Assembly (NCBI GenBank): GCA_963762145.1 | Contig: CAVXJS010000015.1 | Location: forward strand, 32,001-96,000 | Source: an uncultured Candidatus Rokubacteria bacterium | GTDB lineage: Bacteria; Methylomirabilota; Methylomirabilia; Rokubacteriales; CSP1-6 | DNA length: 64,000 nt | Direction of reading: 5' to 3' | Part shown: positions 20,096-29,936 of the stretch, piece after piece | Layout: the number at the start of each line of letters is the position of its first letter | Position numbering within the stretch: the first letter of the stretch is position 1 | Notes under the pieces: generated by a model | Told to the model about the DNA's origin: nothing | What the model saw: the letters and a program-made list of their open reading frames with translations, nothing else | The model's database searches: none | Made by a program: the position numbers and the translations under genes

Positions 20096-20770
20096 TCAAT
20101 CGTCCCGCCGGGACTGCACCAGCGACACGAGGCGAGCCAGCATGATCGTGAGATAGAGCTGTCCGCTCAGCGCCTCCAGCACCGCGAGCGCTCGCGCGAG
20201 GGGATGCACCGGCATGATGTCTCCGTAGCCCATCGTCGTCAGCGTCACGAAGCTGTAGTAATACGTCCACTGCAGCGTGCCCCCGTCGTCGACAGCTCCC
20301 GTGAATGCATCCGGATGCCAGAGCGTCACGAGCCCGTACGCGTGCGCCCAGGTCAAGCCCAGCAGCAGGTAGACGGCGATCGCCCCCTCGATGCGGTTGG
20401 TCGTGATGGGCCCGCGGCGAAGGACCAACCTCAGGATCACGGAGCAAAGAACGCCGAGGGTCGCCAGCGTGGAGATCTCGCCCCAGACCGTGAGGCTGGG
20501 CGTGGCGAAGAGCCAGCTCGCCCAGCGCACCAACAACGTGACGCCGGTGATCACGCACACGAACAGCACGATCCGTGGCCGGTCGGCCACCGCCGCCGCG
20601 CCCGAGATCAGCATCACGGAGGTGAGGACATCGCCGATCAGCCTGCCCGCCAACCCGACCGGCAACAGCGCCGGCATGAAAATGATCGCGACGACCATCG
20701 CGAGGAAGATCGAGAGATCTCGATCGTCCGTCCAGAATCGGAATCGCGCCGGCCGCGCCGCTCGCGTCAC
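20096..20770 (-). CDS. potassium channel family protein (Ion_trans_2)
   Basis: YYSFVTLTTMGYGDIMP selectivity filter; several TMs. Confidence 0.85.
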   Translation of the reverse strand: MTRAARPARFRFWTDDRDLSIFLAMVVAIIFMPALLPVGLAGRLIGDVLTSVMLISGAAAVADRPRIVLFVCVITGVTLLVRWASWLFATPSLTVWGEISTLATLGVLCSVILRLVLRRGPITTNRIEGAIAVYLLLGLTWAHAYGLVTLWHPDAFTGAVDDGGTLQWTYYYSFVTLTTMGYGDIMPVHPLARALAVLEALSGQLYLTIMLARLVSLVQSRRDD

Positions 20771-20882
20771 TGCACCCTGGGTGGCAACAGGTAGAGCGTC
20801 ATGGCAAGGATCGAGCGCCCGCTGTTGGTGACGAGGGTGACGGTCATGGTGTCGATCAACACCATGACCACTGCGCTCCGGT

Positions 20883-20900
20883 ATAGGACCTTGGTCCTAT
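20883..20900. promoter_or_regulatory. palindrome site 9 ATAGGACCTTGGTCCTAT (perfect 8-2-8 copy, divergent region)
   Basis: Perfect arms; TACGTT 22 nt downstream on +. Confidence 0.85.
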
Positions 20901-21026
20901 GGCGGACCTCTACGAGCCCGAGTACGTTCGCTTCCGAGTGTCAGTCCACCTTAGTGAGGAGCGCGTGAGCGTGCCGATCAAGAGCTACCTGGCCCATCCG
21001 GCAAGATCACTCAGAGGAGGATCCAT

Positions 21027-21467
21027 GTGAGACAAGCCCTTGGTCGTCGCGGCTGGTCACCGATCGGCTGGCTGCTGGTGCTGACCGTGCTTCTCGCTCC
21101 GCTCGGCTGCTCGTTCTCGTACAGCTCGAAGAGCTCGTCGGACTCCTCCGCGAGCAGCTCGCGCTCCTCGAGCCCGGGCGACAGCGCGTTCCTCGACGAC
21201 GTGAGGAGCACGACCGAAGCCTACGCGAAATCGGGAGGGCCGTTCGACGCGTACCAGAAGAAGCTCGGTGATCTCGCCAAGGAGCACGGGATCACCAACT
21301 GGGAGGAGAATCTCGCCGCCTACGTCGCAATCGGGGAGGGCCTGGGCGAGGCGAAGGCCAGCCCGGGCCTCGTGGAGGCCTTCAAGGACAAGCTCGCCCC
21401 GCCGGGCAGCCCTTCCAGCTCCGACAAGCGCAACGCGATCCAGAAGGGGTTCGAATCCCGAAAGTGA
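21027..21467 (+). CDS. putative lipoprotein
   Basis: GAGGAGG RBS; PLGC lipobox, Ser-rich linker, GITNWEENLAAYVAIGEGL. Confidence 0.75.
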   Translation: MRQALGRRGWSPIGWLLVLTVLLAPLGCSFSYSSKSSSDSSASSSRSSSPGDSAFLDDVRSTTEAYAKSGGPFDAYQKKLGDLAKEHGITNWEENLAAYVAIGEGLGEAKASPGLVEAFKDKLAPPGSPSSSDKRNAIQKGFESRK

Positions 21468-23362
21468 CCGGACTCACGCGGTACGCGCTCGCCATCACCG
21501 TTCTCCTGGTGGTGGCGAGCGTCCCGGCGTCGGCGGCCCCGCCCGCCCGCCAGGTCGAATACCTGTACATCAACGCGAGCGAGGGGAGCGCGAGCGGCGG
21601 ACACGCGGCCGTTCGCTTCGGCGATCAGGTCTTTCACTTCGAGCATCGCGCGCCCGGCATTCTGGTCCTCGCCCGCGACGGCTTCGAGCGCTTCCGCCAC
21701 CTCTACGGCGACCTCGAGAACCGCACCATCCGGGTGAGCCGGATCCCGGTCAGCGACGAGACGTACGACCTCCTCCTCGCCCAGTTCACCCGACACCATC
21801 TCGTGCAGCGCCAGCGCCTCGAGGCCCTGGAGGGTGTGCGGGCCGATCGCGCGCTGCTCGAGATCCTGTCGCGGCAGGACGCCGTCCCGGTCGAGGGGCT
21901 TGGCCTCTTCGTCGAGGCCGCCGCGGGCGACGCCTCGACCGCTCCCGAGCCGACCCTGGTCGCCCTGCGCGCGCGGGTCGCTGCACGCTATGGGTCGGAG
22001 TTCATCGTTCGACGCAGCGCCGAGCTCGCGGCCCGCCTCGCCGAGCTCGAACCCGACCGACCCGGCCCGGCGCGCCCCGGCACCGCCCCCACCGTTGCAG
22101 ACGACGATCTCCTTCCCCCGTCCTATCCCTTCTCCGAGCGCTTCCGGGACACGAGTCAGGCGCTGGCCGCGCTCGACGTGCTCGACGGCGCCCGGCCGCC
22201 TGGGTCCGGCGCGATCATCTCGGCGCCGTCGCGGCCACTGCCGCTCCAGTCGGGCGAAGCCGCGATCGTGACGAAGCTGGCCGATGCCCTCGAGGAGACC
22301 CTGGTGCGGCTCCTGGACACCCCGCGCCCCGACTGGGGCCTGGCCATGCTGGTCGGCATGGCGCGCCTGACCGCGCTCCGCGAGACGGCGCAGACCGGGC
22401 GCTGGGTCGTGCTCGACGCCTTCTCGGCCGATGCGCCGACCCTGCCGCCGGCCCGCTCGACGCGGCGCCGACAGGTCCTGACCACGATCCGGGAGGAGAA
22501 TCTGGCCGCCTTCGACGCGGCGCGAACGGCCCTGCTGGCGGCGGCGGACGGAGCGGAGGGATTCCCCGAGGGCCTCTACGCGCGGCTGGAAACGGCGGCG
22601 AATCGCTGGCTCGAGGTCGCCCGCGCGCTCGACGAGACGCGACCGCTGCGCGTGCAGCGCGGGGTCCTCCTGCCCTCTCGCCCGGGCCTCCCCCCGCCGA
22701 GCCGCACGCCGCAGTACGATCCGACCCGGCTCGCGCGGGCGGTGGAGGCGGTCACCCGCGAGGAGAGCGGGTCCCTCACGGCCCTGGAGCGCGATTACGC
22801 GTACAACATCGTGGCGCGCAACTGCGTCTCGGAGATCTTCCGCGAGGTCGAGATCGCCCTGGCCCGGGGCGCGAACACGGAAGACCCGGCCCTGATCCGC
22901 GAGGAATCGATCCGCCGGCTGGGCGGCCACGTCGAGATGGCGGGCTCCCTCGCCTTCATCCCGCGGATCTCGGCCCTGGTGGTGGAGGACACCTACGCGG
23001 TGGCCGAGCGCCTGCGCTTCGCCTCCTACCGCGACCGCCAGCTCGCCCTGATGCGGCGGGACGAGAACGCGGTGTGGGTGTTCCTGCGCGAGTCGAACGT
23101 CGTCACGTCGACGCTCTACCGCGCGCAGCCCAGCGACTCGATCTTCCTCTTCTTCACCGACGACTTGGTGGCGCCGCGCCCGCTGTTCGGCGCGGTCAAC
23201 CTCGTGACCGGTCTCGCCGCGAGCGCGGTGGGCCTGGCGATGCTGCCGGTGGACGGCGGCGAGATGCTCTGGGCGGGCCTCCGCGGGGCCCTGTTCAGCC
23301 TCCCCGAGCTCGTCTTCCAGAACATCCGCAAGGGCTCGTTCGACCTGCCCGCCGGCCGGTGA
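21464..23362 (+). CDS. exported hypothetical protein with permuted papain-like His...Asn-Cys motifs
   Basis: Signal peptide; GGHAAVRFG near N-terminus, YNIVARNCVSEIF later; C-terminal hydrophobic segments; overlaps previous stop. Confidence 0.7.
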   Translation: MTGLTRYALAITVLLVVASVPASAAPPARQVEYLYINASEGSASGGHAAVRFGDQVFHFEHRAPGILVLARDGFERFRHLYGDLENRTIRVSRIPVSDETYDLLLAQFTRHHLVQRQRLEALEGVRADRALLEILSRQDAVPVEGLGLFVEAAAGDASTAPEPTLVALRARVAARYGSEFIVRRSAELAARLAELEPDRPGPARPGTAPTVADDDLLPPSYPFSERFRDTSQALAALDVLDGARPPGSGAIISAPSRPLPLQSGEAAIVTKLADALEETLVRLLDTPRPDWGLAMLVGMARLTALRETAQTGRWVVLDAFSADAPTLPPARSTRRRQVLTTIREENLAAFDAARTALLAAADGAEGFPEGLYARLETAANRWLEVARALDETRPLRVQRGVLLPSRPGLPPPSRTPQYDPTRLARAVEAVTREESGSLTALERDYAYNIVARNCVSEIFREVEIALARGANTEDPALIREESIRRLGGHVEMAGSLAFIPRISALVVEDTYAVAERLRFASYRDRQLALMRRDENAVWVFLRESNVVTSTLYRAQPSDSIFLFFTDDLVAPRPLFGAVNLVTGLAASAVGLAMLPVDGGEMLWAGLRGALFSLPELVFQNIRKGSFDLPAGR

Positions 23363-23401
23363 CGCGCCCCCGGCCGGCGAGGGTCCTCCTCATCGCCGTC
23401 G

Positions 23402-24010
23402 TTACTTGGCCGGCTTGTCGAGGGCGACCGCCAGCGCCTGCGTGTAGGTGATCTCGACGAGGTCGCCCGCCTTGACGTTGGCGAGATTCGCGGCGTCCTT
23501 CACCTTGATGGTCTCGACATTACCCTGGGGCCCCTTGATCGTGACCGAGGGCGCCTGCTTGTTGACGGCGGTGATGGTGGCCGTGACGCTGACCTGGCGG
23601 GCCATCGCCCCGGCCGGGTTCTCCCCCGGCTTCGAGCCCACCCGGCGCTCCTCCACCGCGGCTCCGCGAGCCGCCGAGCCCGCCTTCTTCACCTCGATCG
23701 CGAGGGCCTCGATATACGTACCGACGACCGGGTCCCCGACCTTGAGAACATCGAGCTTGGCGGGGTCGTTCACATCGAGCGTGATCGTCCGGCCCTTCGG
23801 CCCCTTCAGGGTGACGGTGCTCTTCTCCTTGTCGACAGCTGAGATCGTACCCCGCACCGTGACTTGCCGCGCCTCCCCCATGGCCGGCTTCGCCTCGGAC
23901 TTGGCGCCGGCAGGCGGGGCCGACGGCGCCGGCGTCTGAGCGAAGGCGGGGGTGGCATAGGCAGAGAGCAATCCGACCATCACGAGGATCGTCACGCGGG
24001 CTCGATTCAT
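23402..24010 (-). CDS. exported protein with two OB-fold-like repeats
   Basis: Two repeats T(V)TATITAV..K..VTLKGPxG....VKxGDxV..TYxxALA. Confidence 0.75.
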   Translation of the reverse strand: MNRARVTILVMVGLLSAYATPAFAQTPAPSAPPAGAKSEAKPAMGEARQVTVRGTISAVDKEKSTVTLKGPKGRTITLDVNDPAKLDVLKVGDPVVGTYIEALAIEVKKAGSAARGAAVEERRVGSKPGENPAGAMARQVSVTATITAVNKQAPSVTIKGPQGNVETIKVKDAANLANVKAGDLVEITYTQALAVALDKPAK

Positions 24011-24013
24011 TTG

Positions 24014-26518
24014 TCATCCTCCCTCTGGTGAGCGCCGAGGCTCACGATCGTGGTTCGGCATTATAGTCCCATCCGCGGGCGCGGCGGGTTCGCGGTGGAG
24101 CCGCACCTCCTGCTGCGGCAACGGGATCGTCATGCCCGCCTTGCGAAGGGCCGCGTAGACGGCGACCCCGACCTCGCTCTTGACCGTGCCGTGCCGGTCG
24201 AGGCGCGCGGTCCACGAGTACAGCACGAACCGGAGCGCGCTGTCGCCGAAGCCCAGGAACAGCGCCTCCGGGGGCGGCTCCGCGGCCACGTCCGGATGCG
24301 CCCTCGCAACGTCGGCCAGGACCTTGAGCACCTCCTCCGGGGCCGTCCCGTACGCCACGTTGACCTGGACGTCGAGCCGCCGCCGGTACACCGATGGTGT
24401 CCAGTTGATGACCTGCTGGGCCACCAGCATCGAGTTGGGGACGATGACCTCGGCACCCTCCCCACCGGCCACCGTGCTCGACCGGATGCCGATCCGGCGC
24501 ACCACGCCCTGGACGTCCCCGATCTGGATGGCGTCCCCGACCCGCACGGGCCGCTCGAAGAGCACGATGAGCCCGGAGACGAAGTTGTTCACGATGTTCT
24601 GGAGCCCGAAGCCCACCCCCACGCCCAGGGCCCCCCCGAGCACGGTGACGCGATCCAGGTTCACGCCCAGCATGAGCAAGGCGACGATGAATCCCAGCGA
24701 GACCATCGCATACCGCACGAGGGTCGCGAGCGCGTAGGGCAGCCCCGGCGCAAGGTGGACCCGCGGGAACACGTCCTCCTCGAGCACGAACCGGACGAAG
24801 GAGGACAGGAGGAACGCGAGCCACACCGTGAGCGCGAAGGCGATGACGTCCCCCAGCGAGAGGCTGAACGCCCCCCGGGTCAGCTCGGCACCGAGGATGC
24901 GCCGGCCCCAGGCCCAGGCCGGCGTGAGGAGGCCGAAGTAACCGAGCGTTCCCACGATCCACGCGATCACCCCGAGGCCGCGCAGCATCACGTGCGCGCG
25001 TTGCTCGAGGAGCGCCCGGTTGTGCTCCACCATTCCGAGCCCGCGGAGCGGCGGAGCGCGCAGCGCGAAGGAAACCAGGCCGTTCGCCAGGTGTCGCCCC
25101 GCCTCGAGCGCGAACGCAAGGAACCCGCTCGCGAAGAGTCCCGAGGCCACGAGTCGCGCAAGGGCCACGTGGCCCAGGACGGCCGAGACGAAGGCGATGA
25201 CGAAGCCCGCGAGCGTAAGGCCCAGCGCGACGTGCACCGTGCGGCCGATGAGGGGGCCCATGTTTGCGAAGAGAGCCTGGGCACGGGCTCGCTGGAAGAA
25301 CCACGCGAGGACGCCCGCGGCGGCCAGCATCTCCAGGACGAGCAGGTAGCGCTCGGCCCGCGGCAGCCCGACGACGAGCCCGCGGAGACGATCCACGACG
25401 AAGAATGCGGCCAGGAGGTACAGCCCCCGGAGCAACCGCGGGGCGACGAGGTCTCGGAGAATCACCAGCAGGGGAACGAGCGTCCCGATCTCGGCGAGGG
25501 TGTGAGCGATCCGCGATCCCGCGGCGTAGATCCAGAACGATACCAGCAGAGCGAGGACGAGCGCGGCGGCGACCGGATGCTCGAGCAGCGGGCCGAGCGA
25601 CGCCACGGCGGCGTCGGCCGGCCGGCCGCGCGCGCGGCGGCGGGCCAGCCAGAAGACACCGACGAGGCCGAGCACGAGGGCGGCGTGTCCGGCCATGTTA
25701 TCGGACTGGTCACGGATGAGCTGCCCGAGCGCGGCGCGCACGGACACACCCGTCGAGCGCAGCGCGGCGGCGGCCTCGGACGGCGTGAGCGGGTGGATCC
25801 GCCAGATCGGCGGGCTCTCGCGCACGAACAGGTCGCCCGCGGCCCGCCGGCGGGCCCGGCCCAGCTCGACGAGCGCGTCCTCGCAGCGCGACAGCTCGCG
25901 TGCGACGCGATCCTGAAGGACCAGCATGGCGGCGCGGGCGGTCTCGACGCGCTTTCGCGCCGTCTCGATGGCGGCGAGCACGGTGTCGATGCGCTCGAGG
26001 GTGGGCCCGGGCGTCGTGTCGCGGACGCTCCGGCGCGTGAGGTTCCACGTCTCCTCGAGACGCCCGAGCCGGGCGCGCTGCTCGTCGAGCTGGATCGCCT
26101 GGGCGGTGAGGGTCTCGACCCAGGCGGCAATGGAGAGCCGGGCGGCCTCCCACGTCTCGATCAGGCTGTCGAGCTTGCCCAGGCTGGGCCGCTCGTCCAG
26201 GGCCTTCCGGGTCTGATCGCGGTCGACGGCGATGCGCTCGCTGAGCGTGGGAAGCTCGGCCTCGATGCTCTCGATGCGCGCGCTCGGCGCCAGCGTCGCG
26301 TCCACCGCGCGCAGGAACTCGCCGACGTCCCCGGCCTGACGCGCGACCTCGGCGACGGGGATCGAGGTGAGGGGCGCCGCGGCGCCGCTCGTGCGGGGCG
26401 GGTCTGCCGCCCGGCCCTGGGCGAGCGCCGGACTCGCCAGCGCGAGCACAAGGGCTAGTGCTCCCAACCAGAGCGCGTGGAGCCTGGTGGTACCGCCCGG
26501 TGCTTCCCCCGACCTCAT
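24014..26518 (-). CDS. large MscS/MscK-family mechanosensitive channel
   Basis: Periplasmic coiled N-terminus, many TMs, GALGVGVGFGLQNIVNNFVSGLIVLFERPVRVGD. Confidence 0.9.
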   Translation of the reverse strand: MRSGEAPGGTTRLHALWLGALALVLALASPALAQGRAADPPRTSGAAAPLTSIPVAEVARQAGDVGEFLRAVDATLAPSARIESIEAELPTLSERIAVDRDQTRKALDERPSLGKLDSLIETWEAARLSIAAWVETLTAQAIQLDEQRARLGRLEETWNLTRRSVRDTTPGPTLERIDTVLAAIETARKRVETARAAMLVLQDRVARELSRCEDALVELGRARRRAAGDLFVRESPPIWRIHPLTPSEAAAALRSTGVSVRAALGQLIRDQSDNMAGHAALVLGLVGVFWLARRRARGRPADAAVASLGPLLEHPVAAALVLALLVSFWIYAAGSRIAHTLAEIGTLVPLLVILRDLVAPRLLRGLYLLAAFFVVDRLRGLVVGLPRAERYLLVLEMLAAAGVLAWFFQRARAQALFANMGPLIGRTVHVALGLTLAGFVIAFVSAVLGHVALARLVASGLFASGFLAFALEAGRHLANGLVSFALRAPPLRGLGMVEHNRALLEQRAHVMLRGLGVIAWIVGTLGYFGLLTPAWAWGRRILGAELTRGAFSLSLGDVIAFALTVWLAFLLSSFVRFVLEEDVFPRVHLAPGLPYALATLVRYAMVSLGFIVALLMLGVNLDRVTVLGGALGVGVGFGLQNIVNNFVSGLIVLFERPVRVGDAIQIGDVQGVVRRIGIRSSTVAGGEGAEVIVPNSMLVAQQVINWTPSVYRRRLDVQVNVAYGTAPEEVLKVLADVARAHPDVAAEPPPEALFLGFGDSALRFVLYSWTARLDRHGTVKSEVGVAVYAALRKAGMTIPLPQQEVRLHREPAAPADGTIMPNHDREPRRSPEGG

Positions 26519-26559
26519 GATCCTGTCTGTCTCTCTACGGTGCGGGAGGGCCATGGACA

Positions 26560-26577
26560 ATAAGACCTTGGTCCCAT
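26560..26577. promoter_or_regulatory. palindrome site 10 ATAAGACCTTGGTCCCAT (divergent)
   Basis: TAGGCT 21 nt away on +, TAGAGA 22 nt away on -. Confidence 0.8.
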
Positions 26578-26644
26578 TGCCCCCCACCCCCAGTCGCGTA
26601 GGCTTCGATGGCGATTGTTCCAACTTGAATGCGGAGGATATGCC

Positions 26645-26905
26645 ATGCGCGCGGTAGCCGGTGGAACGATGCTGTTGCTTGGAGTGGCGCTGTTCACGGG
26701 AGCGTGCGCGACGTCGGAGGAATGGTCGGAGTGGCGCTCGCACAGGACCCACTTCGCATCCGGCCAGCACGGGATCTTCTCCCTGCGAAACAACAAGGAC
26801 GGCTCGAACCCACGGGTGACGCGACTGGACGTCGATGCGGCGCGGAGCGAGACCTGGTGGGGCAAGGCGATCACGGTCAATCCCGACCAGATCTTCCAGA
26901 ACTAG
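26645..26905 (+). CDS. small lipoprotein
   Basis: GGAGG RBS; TGAC lipobox; WSEWRSHRTHFASGQHGIFS...WWG. Confidence 0.7.
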   Translation: MRAVAGGTMLLLGVALFTGACATSEEWSEWRSHRTHFASGQHGIFSLRNNKDGSNPRVTRLDVDAARSETWWGKAITVNPDQIFQN

Positions 26906-26926
26906 GCCGGCCAGAGGAGACCTCTC

Positions 26927-27508
26927 ATGCGACTCAGAGCGTTCGCCGTCATCGTGCCGACCATCGGGCTGGCCTTGATGCTCACCGGATGCCCGAAGCG
27001 TCCGATGGTTCCCGTCGCCTCGGCGCCGCCGCCGGTCGCTCCGGCCCCGACTCCGCCCCCGGCACCCGCACCGGCGGCCCCGACTCCGCCGCCGGTCGTC
27101 GCGGCTCCGGCCGCGCCGCCGACGCCGGCTCCGACCCCGCCCCCGGCTCCGCCGAAGGAGTACATGCCCAATAGCGCGCTCAAGCGGATCAACTTCGCCT
27201 TCGACCAGGCGGTGATTCGTCCCGCCGACGCCAAGACGCTCGACGCGAGCGCTGTCTGGCTCAAGGCGAACCCGAACCAGCTCGTGCTGATCGAAGGGCA
27301 CTGCGACGAGCGCGGGACCAACGAGTACAACCTGGCCCTGGGTGACCGGCGGGCCCGGGCCGCGCAGAACTACCTCGTGGCGCAGGGGATCGCGGCGGAT
27401 CGCATCACCCTGATCTCCTACGGCGAGGAGCGGCCCCTCTGCCAGGAGAAGACCGAGACCTGCTGGGCGACGAACCGGCGCGACGAGTTCCTGACCAAGG
27501 AGCGCTGA
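26927..27508 (+). CDS. pal: peptidoglycan-associated lipoprotein (OmpA-like domain) with Pro/Ala linker
   Basis: LTGC lipobox; INFAFDQA, IEGHCDERGTNEYNLALGDRRA, SYGEERP, NRR. Confidence 0.9.
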   Translation: MRLRAFAVIVPTIGLALMLTGCPKRPMVPVASAPPPVAPAPTPPPAPAPAAPTPPPVVAAPAAPPTPAPTPPPAPPKEYMPNSALKRINFAFDQAVIRPADAKTLDASAVWLKANPNQLVLIEGHCDERGTNEYNLALGDRRARAAQNYLVAQGIAADRITLISYGEERPLCQEKTETCWATNRRDEFLTKER

Positions 27509-27515
27509 CCGGCGC

Positions 27516-28520
27516 TCACCGCGCCATCCGCGGAAGGCCCTCGCGGATGCGCGCGGAGAACTGCGGGTCGGCGTCGGCCGCCTTGGCCCGGTCGTTGACG
27601 CGGCTCTTCTCCCGGAAGGCCGGGAATGCCAGCGAGCGATCGAAAGCACCGATGTCGTAGCCCAGTTCGTCGAGGTGGCCGTTCAGGAAGAGCTTCCAGC
27701 TCCACCAGGACCGCTGGGCGTCCGAGGCGGCGAGACGCTGGATCGCGGTGGTGCAGTTGTCGGTCAAGGCGTTGTACCACTCCGCCCGATCCCGCAGGTC
27801 GTTGACCGCCTGGAGGTACCGGAGCAGCAGGAGCCGGGCGTTGGCCGGCGTCACATCGAGCCGGTAGACGTAGACGTCCTCGCCGCGGTAGTTGGTGCGG
27901 AGGCGCACCACGTCGCGCTCGTCGGCGACCACGTAGGACAGCTCGTACTGGCGGAAGAAGCCCCGCAGGGCCGAATACGACTCGCCCTTCTCCTTGCGCG
28001 TCTCGATGGAGACGGCCAGGTACTGGTCGCCCTCGAACCCCCAGCTCATGATGGTGTGGGCGATGTGGGGCGATCCCCAGTAGACCAGGAAGAGGTCCAG
28101 CGAGCGGAGCTTCAAGAGGTCCAGCTCGCGGTCCTCGAGGCGTACGGTGTAGTCGGTCTCGCTGCGATACTCCGCATTGCGGACGTTGTGCACGATGACG
28201 CGATCCCCGCGGATCTCCGCGTAGGGCAGCGTTGCCACGTCGGGCTGCCACTCACGGGTGTTCGACGGTGGGATCGCGAACCACGCGATGAGGACCACGA
28301 CGAAGGCGGCCCCGATCCCGGCGAGCACCCACCGGCGCGGGCGCACCAGCACGAGGGCCACCAGGGCCGCCACCGGCACGAGCAACGCGAGCCCGCCGCG
28401 GAGCCAGGTCGGCCCTGGGGCCAGGTCGAAGTACAGGGCGAGCGCTATCCAGCCGAGCAGGCACGCACACATCAGCCCCAGCAGGATTCGCCCGACCCAC
28501 ACCAGGGCGCGCAGGCGCAC
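27516..28520 (-). CDS. DUF4105 domain membrane protein
   Basis: 3 TMs; HNVRNAEYRSETDY, IAHTIMSWGF, SIETRKEKGESYS, WYNALTDNCTT. Confidence 0.85.
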   Translation of the reverse strand: MRLRALVWVGRILLGLMCACLLGWIALALYFDLAPGPTWLRGGLALLVPVAALVALVLVRPRRWVLAGIGAAFVVVLIAWFAIPPSNTREWQPDVATLPYAEIRGDRVIVHNVRNAEYRSETDYTVRLEDRELDLLKLRSLDLFLVYWGSPHIAHTIMSWGFEGDQYLAVSIETRKEKGESYSALRGFFRQYELSYVVADERDVVRLRTNYRGEDVYVYRLDVTPANARLLLLRYLQAVNDLRDRAEWYNALTDNCTTAIQRLAASDAQRSWWSWKLFLNGHLDELGYDIGAFDRSLAFPAFREKSRVNDRAKAADADPQFSARIREGLPRMAR

Positions 28521-28531
28521 GGCTCCGTCCC

Positions 28532-29922
28532 TCAGAACCGGATGTACATGCGCGCCCCGCCCACCACGACGGTGTCCACGTTCTTGAGCCCCCCGCTCGA
28601 GCCCAGCGTCTTCTTGAGCCCGGGATCGATCACCTGCAGGTCGAGGCTCATGTTGAGCCACCGCGTGAGCGAGGCGTTGTAGAACATCTCGACCGCGTCC
28701 TCGTGGTCGAAGCCGAGGTCGAGCTGCTGGCGCAGGAACGGCACGAAATTGTCGCTGAACTGGGTGCGCGCCCACCCGACCCCGAAGGTGTCGTGCGGAC
28801 GCCCCGGGACAACCCCCTTGCCGCCGATCCCGGCCATGTAGCTGTACTTGATCGGGTTCGCGTCGCCGTCCGAGGCGCCGAAATTGAAGAACATCCCGAT
28901 CCCGCGCTTCTGATCCCCTCCCGGGTGCCAGAAGTACTGGTCGAATCCGTAGAACACGGTCCAGGTGCTGTCCTCGCGGTTGGCGGGTCGGGCCGGGGTG
29001 AGCAGCTGCGGGAAGAACCGCTCGAGGATCCGCCGGAGGATCGGGCCTGGATCTCCGAGCCGAGGGAACCTCTCCTCGGCCAGATGCCGCGCGATATTGG
29101 ACGGATCCTGGATGAGCGAGAGGCGGCTCTTGTTGCTCCAGAAGCCTCCCACCGTCTGATGGCCGACGAGCCCGAACGGCTTGATGGTCACCTGGCCGCT
29201 GGCGACAACGGCCGCGCCGTCGTCGAACGCCTCGGAGATGTCGTTGTTCGTCGGCGTGCCGCTCGGATCGAGCGCCATCGCCGAAAGCACGACACCTTCC
29301 CACGGCAGGGCGACGACACCCCCGCCGTACGCCGAGATCGGCACCAGGATGAGGGCCGTGGGAAAGGCGAACGCGGTGTTCATGAACTGGTTGCGGATGT
29401 CGCCGGCAAACTCGCCCTTGAAGCCATCGAGCGTGAAGACCTTGCCCGCGAACACGCCGAACTTGGTGCTGAGAAACTGGTGAACGTCGCGTGCAGGAGC
29501 GCGGAGCTGGGCTGGCTATCCTTGGGGAACAGCAGGAAGGTGTTCACGGGCACGATGGCGCCGGTGTTTCCATCCACGCTGTCCCCGAAGCTGCTGTCGC
29601 CGTAGAACTTGAAGAACCCGCCCGGCCAGAGGCCCAGCTTGCCGGTGTCGATATTGAGCGTGTAGTCGGCGTTACCCCAGAACTCCCAGCCGGTGTCCCG
29701 GCCGCCGGTCAGCACACCCTGCGGGGTCAGGAGCAGGTCCGCGTCGAGCACCACGCCCTTCTTGCCGAGCTCGTCGCGCAGTCCCCACCAGCTACCGGTC
29801 AGCCGGGGGCGGTCCCAGAAGTCCCCGCCCCAGGTGGGCGGCACATCGACCGGCTGCGCGCTCGCCGCGCCCGGCGCGGCCAGCACGGCCAGGCCGAGCA
29901 AGACCTTCCAGGCGCTCTTCAT
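28532..29922 (-). CDS. oprB: OprB carbohydrate-selective porin (frameshift ~29480)
   Basis: RPRLTGSWWGLRDELGKKGV...RPHDTFGVG...EMFYNASLTRWLNMSLDLQVIDP...RMYIRF (terminal Phe). Confidence 0.8.
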
Positions 29923-29936
29923 CCCGCGATCTCGCG

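Noticed and set aside
27020-27155. Pro/Ala repeats in pal (and MFP tail 35515-35585)
   Set aside because: Ordinary coding low-complexity linkers
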